DNA of 28,530 nucleotides, from the NCBI RefSeq assembly GCF_006345805.1, contig NW_021833523.1, forward strand, positions 1 through 28,530. Reading direction: 5' to 3'. The stretch comes from Octopus sinensis (Eukaryota). The notes under the pieces were generated by a model. That model ran no database searches. It was given only the letters and a program-made list of their open reading frames with translations, and was not told the DNA's origin. Position numbers and translations under genes: made by a program. Shown piece by piece: positions 22,107 through 28,530 of this stretch. Numbering within the stretch: the first letter of the stretch is position 1; every line of letters starts with the position of its first letter.

Positions 22107-24716
22107 TTACCGTCTTACCTGCCACCCAGTCATTATCTTCTCTAGGACCTCAGGGAGGCCTTTGAGGGACAATTCCTGGGCGTTGGAGAGCTCATCACGC
22201 CATCCTAAGCCATAGGCTAGCCGGATGGCTCGTCTTGTTACTTTCTTAAGCGCGTCAACGTACTTCTCCCTGTCCTCGCAGAAGTGCCAAGCGTGCACGC
22301 CATAGGTTAACACGGGTAACACCATGGCGTTGAACACACGGAACCAGGCACCTCTCCTCAAGTGGAAAGCACGCAACGCGCCTAATCGCTGCATTGCACG
22401 CATTTTAGTACGTGCAATGTGATCATCGAACTTACCTGACTGCTTGAAGACCACGCCCAAGTAAGTTGTACCGATCAACTACAGCGATCGCTGACGCGTC
22501 CAGCGATAACCTAGGGATAAAATTAGTGTACCCCTCGTCCTTTTACAGACTTTAAGGACACTGCACTTGTCCGCACACATCTTTAGACCCCTACTCCCAC
22601 ACCAGTTTACAAGTTCATCCACAGCAACCTGTAGCCTACGACACGCACACTCTGGTTTCATCGACTGATCCCAGAGGATAATGTCGTCTGCATAGATCAC
22701 CATTCCAGTACGAGCATTGACTGGCATAGGTGCAGAGGCCATAAAGATATTAAACAGTGTGGGACTCAGCACAGACCCTGAGGGACCCCGCGAAGGACTG
22801 TTGCGACTTTAGAAAAGACCCCCTGGTGTCGCACGACCTGACCGCGAGATTCGAGAACCCCGACAGCCAGCGCCTTAGACACGGAGAAACCCCACACGTG
22901 GCGAGGGAACTCCGCAGGCCGTCGTGCCACACCGAGTCGAAGGCCTTTTCTATGTCAAGACTAACTAACATACCACACTCCCTTTTCTGGAGGGCGTTCT
23001 TCATTTCGGAAGACACCTTCCACAAGCAGTCTCCACATGAACGACCCTCCCTGAAGCCCCATTGGAACTCCGGGAGGGCGTCAACCACCGTCAGCTCCTC
23101 CAGGAGCCTTCGGTGCATGATCCTTTCTAGGATTTTAGATATAGCGGGAAGCAAGGAAATGGGCCTGTATCCCCCGGGGACATCATGAGGCTTCCCAGGT
23201 TTTCCAATGAGGATTACCTCAGCCACTTTCCACCTGGAAGGAATCATCCCAAGTCGCAAGCTCCCGCTAAACAAAACCTGTAAGGCCGTGATCAACAACG
23301 GCGGGGCCTTTTTGAAGATGGACATAGGGATCCGATCTAGCCCCGCCGCGGTGTTCTTACTTCGGGAGATCGCTGCCAGGATCTCCCTTTCGGAAACTTC
23401 GCCTGCATCGACCCTTGATATGTCCAGCTGGCAGCGCTTGTCCCAAGACAATACCTCCTGGATAGTAACAAAAGACGACGTCTCTACGAACTGACTTCCG
23501 TCAGTTCCCGAGATGTTGTTGAGGTGGGTTGAAAATATATCAGCCACCTCAACCGGGTCCGAGGCGAGGGTTCCATCAGAGCGCTTAAGGCGCACTGACT
23601 TTGCCTCCCCTCTCCCCGACAGGCTCTTCAGTTGTTTCCAGAAGTCCGGAAAGCGCGGGTCCACTCTTTGGCAGGCCCGCTCCCACCGTGAACTTTCGTG
23701 TTCACGGATTTCCCTCCGGATCTCCCTCTGAAGCCGGCTGATCCAGCCGCGAAACCAGACACGGTTCTCCTGGTAGACGCATTTGTCCCGCAGTCTGGAC
23801 AGCCGGCGCTTGAATCTAATTTTATTTAGCACCCGGTACGGGAGCGTGGAATGTGCCTGGCCCTGTACTGGGTTCTGTTTGAAATTATCTCGCATATAAT
23901 CAGACAGGCAGCATTGATTCCATTCTCTAACGCCTCCAACTCTCGTATGTTGGCGCAGGTATTCCCCACCAGGAGTGAGGGCAACCTGCTGGCCATGAAC
24001 CTCTCCAGGTTGGCCCAGGAACCGGACCGGAGGTCAAAGTATCCTGGGGCCCTTTGAGGAACTGGCTCACGGAGTTCGTGCAATAGAGGCAGATGGTCGC
24101 TCCCAATATCAGGCAATAAGATTGTGTTACTAACCCAATTTAGCATCCCGGGGCTGACCAGAGCAAGGCCTAGCCAGTCTTGTCCTCCCCGCGAATCGAT
24201 GTGGTTTGGCTCGCTTGAAGATCTGATTTCCAACCCGAGGTCTTCAACCAGCGTCTTTAGAGCCAAACCATGCGCGTTGGTTACCCTGAAACCAAGCCCT
24301 TGGTGCTTGGCATTCAGGTCCCCAACGACCATCGCCTTCGGATGCTTTCCAAAGAACTCCCGTACGTGCCAAGAACACGCCGTAAAGTTCTTCGAATACA
24401 TCGCCCCTAGGTAAAATGTTAAATTACCTATGCGAATCCTCACTTGGAGGAATTCACATAGGCTACAAGAACATAAACCTGAGCTCCGGAGAGCAAGGTA
24501 CGGCTTGTAGAAGAGGCTAGTTCCCGTGCCACATATTGACCCCTGTTTCCAGGGTATGTGACAACAGTTGTAGCCATCAACTACGTACGGACCCCCCTTT
24601 ACCTTCGTTTCGTTGACCACCAGAATGTCCGCACTCGTGGTGGCCAACATCCTCTGAACGGCGTCTCCTTTACCGGACAAGGAGCGCGCGTTCACCGATA
24701 TAATGTTGAGCATCAT
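22107..24716 (-). CDS. LINE ORF2: AP endonuclease plus reverse transcriptase (frameshifted), no RNase H seen
   Basis: ISVNARSL, VNETK, VVGDLNAKH, GSDHLP (APE); YRPISLLPAISKILER, QWGFREGRS, LDIEKAFDSVWH, LSPTLFNIF, IYADDI, TYLGVVF (RT). Confidence 0.95.
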
Positions 24717-26116
24717 ATCGGTTCCTCGCCAAGGATCTTCTTGGCCTCAGCCATGTTGCAATGTAGCATATCTGCTACACTGCACTTCGTCGCCCTACAT
24801 AATTTTAGTAGGCGCACACACAACTCCACCGCAGGACTAACACTGTCCTGGGGAGCACGCTCGCCAGGGGGGGAGTGCGGTGGCATTTCCACGTATGGAG
24901 GACGCCTTTTCCCCCCTAGGTTTTGCTGGGCGGTATCACCTGTAGCCCACTCGGAAGGCTTAGCACGCTTCGGCATCCGAACTGACTCGGATGTTATTAG
25001 CGGCTCAGCCGACTTTGTCGGCGAAGGTGGTACCGACTCGCTCGCAATGTGGCTTGCAGGCTTCACAGGCCTCGCCACCGAAGCAGTCTTGGGTGGTTTG
25101 GACTGCTTTGCCCGCTTGCCAGGTTGTGGCCCAGTAACTGCGACGCTAGCCGCGCGACTTACCTTCGAGATTACAGCCGCACCTACCTTTCGGTTGCCTC
25201 CTTGAACTTGGGGCAACCTTTGAAGTTGGCAAGTGTCCCAACTTACCGCAGTTGACACAGTACCTCTTCGTAGGTGGCGAGGGGCATGCCTTGCGACCAT
25301 GCTCGCCACCGCAGGTCAAGCACTTCGCCTTCTCAGGACACCTTGTGCTTATGTGCCCGAAACCCTGACACCGAAAGCATTGGGTGGCTTTCGGGCGGGG
25401 CCGGACAGCACGAAGCCTAACGTAGCCGACCCTCGTACCCAGCAGTATGAGGCGCTCGGCTTCCGCAGGAGATCGCAGCGTAACCTCCACCACTTCAAGA
25501 GGCCGATAACCTTGCTTGAAGCGTGCAATGGCAGAGGTACTGGGGTACTCCCGCTGCAGGTGCTCTAAAAGGTCGTTATCCTCAAAGTCCCGGGGGACCC
25601 CAGGAGGAGGACTCTTACCTGCCCTACCTTGCGTTCGAACCTGACAAGCCGATGCATGCCAGGACCGAACGGGATGGACTTTTCCAGCTCCCTTTCGAAA
25701 CTGAAAAAGTCCTCAGACTTCTCCCACCCAAGCAGGAATTGGGTGGGCTCCCTCTTCAGGACTCGATACCGCTTAGACGGCTGTATCGAGTCCAAGATCC
25801 CTAAAATTTTAACGACTGAGGCCTTTCCACAGGTGGGAAAGACCTCTAGTCGTGCTACAACGCCGAAGGTAATTCTACCCCCGGCGCGAGCGGTCTTCTT
25901 CGACGGCGGATCCATCTCCGAAGACGAATTGCGAGAACCTAAGTTGTTAGAAATTGGACGGCAAGCGACACGTTTAGGTTTCCCAACGGTACGCCAGCCG
26001 TCCTCATGGGCAACCTGAGCAGGTTCTACCGCATCCCCTTCTGTTCGGGATGGCTTTGCACCCCTTTTTTCTGCTTTAAGATTGTCATTTTTGCGCATCA
26101 CAGGAAAAACGACCAT
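24713..26116 (-). CDS. LINE ORF1 nucleic-acid-binding protein with three zinc knuckles (frameshifted)
   Basis: QCFRCQGFGHISTRC, KCLTCGGEHGRKAC, YCVNCGKLGH; spread over ORFs 25565-26116, 25146-25493 and 24713-25309. Confidence 0.85.
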
Positions 26117-26139
26117 GCTTGCACGCTACAATTATACGT

Positions 26140-27225
26140 GAAAGAGTAACTGTTATGAGTAACTGTTATGTTTTGCGTTAGTATGATGGGAGAAAAACTT
26201 GACCCATTTGTTATTGAAAAGCCAAAAATCCACGCTGCTTAAAGGAAGAAGAAATTTAATTAATAATTTACAAGTGGAATACAAATCAAATAAAAAAGCA
26301 TGGATGACATATGGTATTTTCAAAATGGCTCATAGAATTGAACAAAAAAATGATTTTGCAAAAAAGAAAAATTCTAATTCTATTGATAATGCGACTGTAC
26401 ACTCACGTGATTTAGAGTTCAGTAACATCGAACTCTTTTTTTCCCTCCAAATACAAAATCGAAGTTACAACCCCTTGATCAAGGAATAATAAAATCATTC
26501 AAAGACAGGTATAGACAACTCCTATGTGCACACTTGATTGAATTTTATACTAATGATGAAAATGTAGATCACGAAAAAGTTACGGAAAAGTTGAAGAAAT
26601 TCACTCTATTGAATTGCTTGATATTCATAAATCAAGCTTGGTTAGAAGTGTCGGAATTAACAATTACAAATTGTTTCAAGAAAGCATTTGAAAATGCGTA
26701 ATACAGAACCTGACAGAAATCGAAGAAATAGATTGTGAAAATTTTTTGATTCATGAAAATGATCAAATTGACGACGAAAACTTTATACAAAACTTTGCGA
26801 GAAAACTAAAACAGCAAGACCAAGTTGAAGAGGAAGATGAAAAAATTTATGTTCTGACACTATATGAAGCTAGTGAATATGCGAAGGCGCTTGAATTATG
26901 GTTTCGTGAGAATGATTATGAACAAGAGGAGAAGTATACGAAATACAAAAAATTTTAAGAAATAATCAAACTAATCATTTTCAAAAAAATCATCGATTAC
27001 ATGATTAAAATCTTTAAATAATCTTTGTAATTATACTTTGTCACAGTCCGTTTATGAAACACGCCGTTAATGAAACGCCAACATCAAATTTTTTGGGGGG
27101 GAAGGTTTTAAGGCCCTCATCATGTAAGTCGAGGACATCGTATTGCCAATTTGAAGTTGGTGTGCACACACAGACAGACAGAGACACACCATACATTTTA
27201 TTATTAAGACAAATACCTCAGCTGG
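26140..27225 (+). repeat. Right copy of the duplication (partial Tigger transposase plus MITE left arm)
   Basis: Matches 20848-21967 apart from several 1-nt deletions, a few substitutions, a shorter microsatellite and a 13-nt tandem duplication gagtaactgttat (26144-26169). Confidence 0.95.
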
Positions 27226-27858
27226 TATTTGGGTTTAAATATATTCAATTACAAAAATTAAAATCGATGCCAAAGAAGAATGTGCTTTAAAACCGATTTC
27301 ATAAATAAAAATAATATTTTAAAATTAATAATTGATATTTTAGAATAATGAGAAAAAATTCTAAATGCTTCATAATGTATTAAAATGTCAAAACAAGAAT
27401 CTTCTGAAGGAGCAAGCCTGTCTGCACAGTTCATTTGTGATTAGAAGACCTAATTTTAGAGATTGAAACGAGAAATAGCAATGAGATCTGTCAAATTATT
27501 ACCCCCTTCACAACCTAAACCAAATTAGCGTTCAGTATTCATTGATTTTACTTTTTCTATTAAGGTCTACTTATAAATTATTTTATGGGATTCAATGGAA
27601 AATTTAAGTTATTTTAATTTTAAATTATGTTAAAATTTAAAATCATTTTATAAATATATTTTTTTACTTTACCTTGTTACCCTATTCAAAACACCTAGTG
27701 TCCATTTAACGGCGTGTCCATTCTATGGACGGTCACATTTATAACTAATTAATCATTTCCAATGACGATTTGTATTAATTTATCTTTCTTTCGATATGAT
27801 TTTTTGTCAATTTGATGTTGGCGTTTCATTAACGGCGTGTTTCTTTATCGGACTGTGA
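27041..27858. mobile_element. Non-autonomous TIR element (Mutator/Merlin-like MITE); its left arm is also present at 21742-21967
   Basis: 50-bp TIRs at 27041-27090 and 27809-27858 (3 mismatches); flanking direct repeat tatacttt(g/a) at 27032-27040 and 27859-27867; superfamily inferred only from the 8-9 bp TSD. Confidence 0.85.
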
Positions 27859-27910
27859 TATACTTTAATATTGTTTATTGTTATTTTGATTCCTTTTGTT
27901 CACTATAGAC

Positions 27911-28371
27911 CAGGGCTGGCCAACCCAAGGCCCGCGGGCCGCATGCGGCCCGCGATGGAGTTTGGTGCGGCCCGCGAGAAAAATTTTGACTGCAGAAAAA
28001 TATCCCAACTTAAGAATTTTTGCACAAAGAGTTGTAAGCTCCTTTGGATCTACTTACGTATGTGAATCATTCTTTTCGAAATTAAAGTTTAGTAAAAGTA
28101 GATATAGATCTTCTTTAACAGATAAAAACTTAGAAAACCAATTAAGATGTGCAACTAGTAATTGTGAAGTTGATTTGAAAAAATTAAGTGAAGATAAAGA
28201 AAAACAGATTTCTCATTGATACGTATAATTGGACTGAATGCTATTTTACTAATAAAATCTTATCTGTGTTGTTTTGATATCTATCCTTAGTATGTACATG
28301 TATATGCGGCCCGCGGAAAGGATTCATTTGGACAAAGTGGCCCGCGATGCGATTTGGGTTGGCCAGGCCTG
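27911..28371 (+). mobile_element. hAT (Charlie/Buster/SPIN-like) deletion derivative, 461 bp
   Basis: TIR CAGG(G/C)CTGGCCAACCCAA, perfect 8-bp TSD CTATAGAC with central TA (27903-27910 / 28372-28379), gcggcccgcg subterminal repeats, dimerisation-domain remnant FGSTYVCESFFSKLK..RSSLTD. Confidence 0.95.
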
Positions 28372-28530
28372 CTATAGACAATAGTGAACATGATGTTTTG
28401 ACGTGGACATTTTGTTCGTTATAGAGAGGGTTGACTGTATAATTAAACCTCTACTTAAAATTTTCTAATTACGACCTCTACTTAAAATCCTCCAAAGAAA
28501 TAAGGAATCACATTTATCATTAATGAGACG

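Larger units (their letters stand above)
21968..26139 (-). mobile_element. Near full-length GC-rich LINE, Jockey/I group (ORF1 gag-like, ORF2 APE-RT)
   Basis: Sharp GC rise against AT-rich flanks; two ORFs; 3' UTR with AATAAA followed by ttttcctttccttcctt. Confidence 0.92.
20140..28437 (+). mobile_element. pogo/Tigger element expanded by nested insertions; 3' TIR present, 5' TIR not found
   Basis: 3' end ttcgttatagagagggttgactg|TA (28437); subterminal palindrome gttcactat..atagtgaac at 20140-20163 and, split by the hAT MITE, at 27898-28389. Left boundary approximate. Confidence 0.7.

Noticed and set aside
22757-26018. Numerous plus-strand ORFs (up to 215 aa) over the LINE
   Set aside because: Antisense shadows of GC-rich coding sequence with no motifs
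20848-27225. LTR retrotransposon interpretation of the long direct repeats
   Set aside because: The repeats are Tigger/MITE sequence with no TG..CA ends, PBS, protease or integrase; the interior is APE-RT
27896-28219. 107-aa ORF as an expressed dominant-negative hAT dimerisation peptide
   Set aside because: It starts at TTG outside the element and has no in-frame ATG; a simple deletion derivative explains it

Overview
AT-rich, very compact eukaryotic DNA in the standard genetic code, with GT-AG micro-introns of about 23-30 nt. An RGS22 orthologue points to an animal, and the intron size fits a dicyemid-like reduced parasite (inference only). The left ~14 kb holds host genes: a divergent proteasome beta-type subunit, RGS22, LIPT2, a DHHC-family protein lacking its catalytic motif, DCN1-like and a possible orphan membrane protein, interspersed with decayed Tc1 and RLE-type retrotransposon pieces. 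The right ~14 kb is almost all transposons: RTE and CRE 3' fragments, a full-length hAT element with TIRs, an 8-bp TSD and a micro-intron-containing transposase, and a pogo/Tigger element. The Tigger carries a TIR MITE, a hAT MITE and a GC-rich, near full-length Jockey/I-group LINE flanked by a ~1.1-kb direct duplication. Many genes carry small frameshifting deletions that look like sequencing error, so pseudogene calls are unsafe. Family assignments come from recognising motifs by eye; no database search was run.
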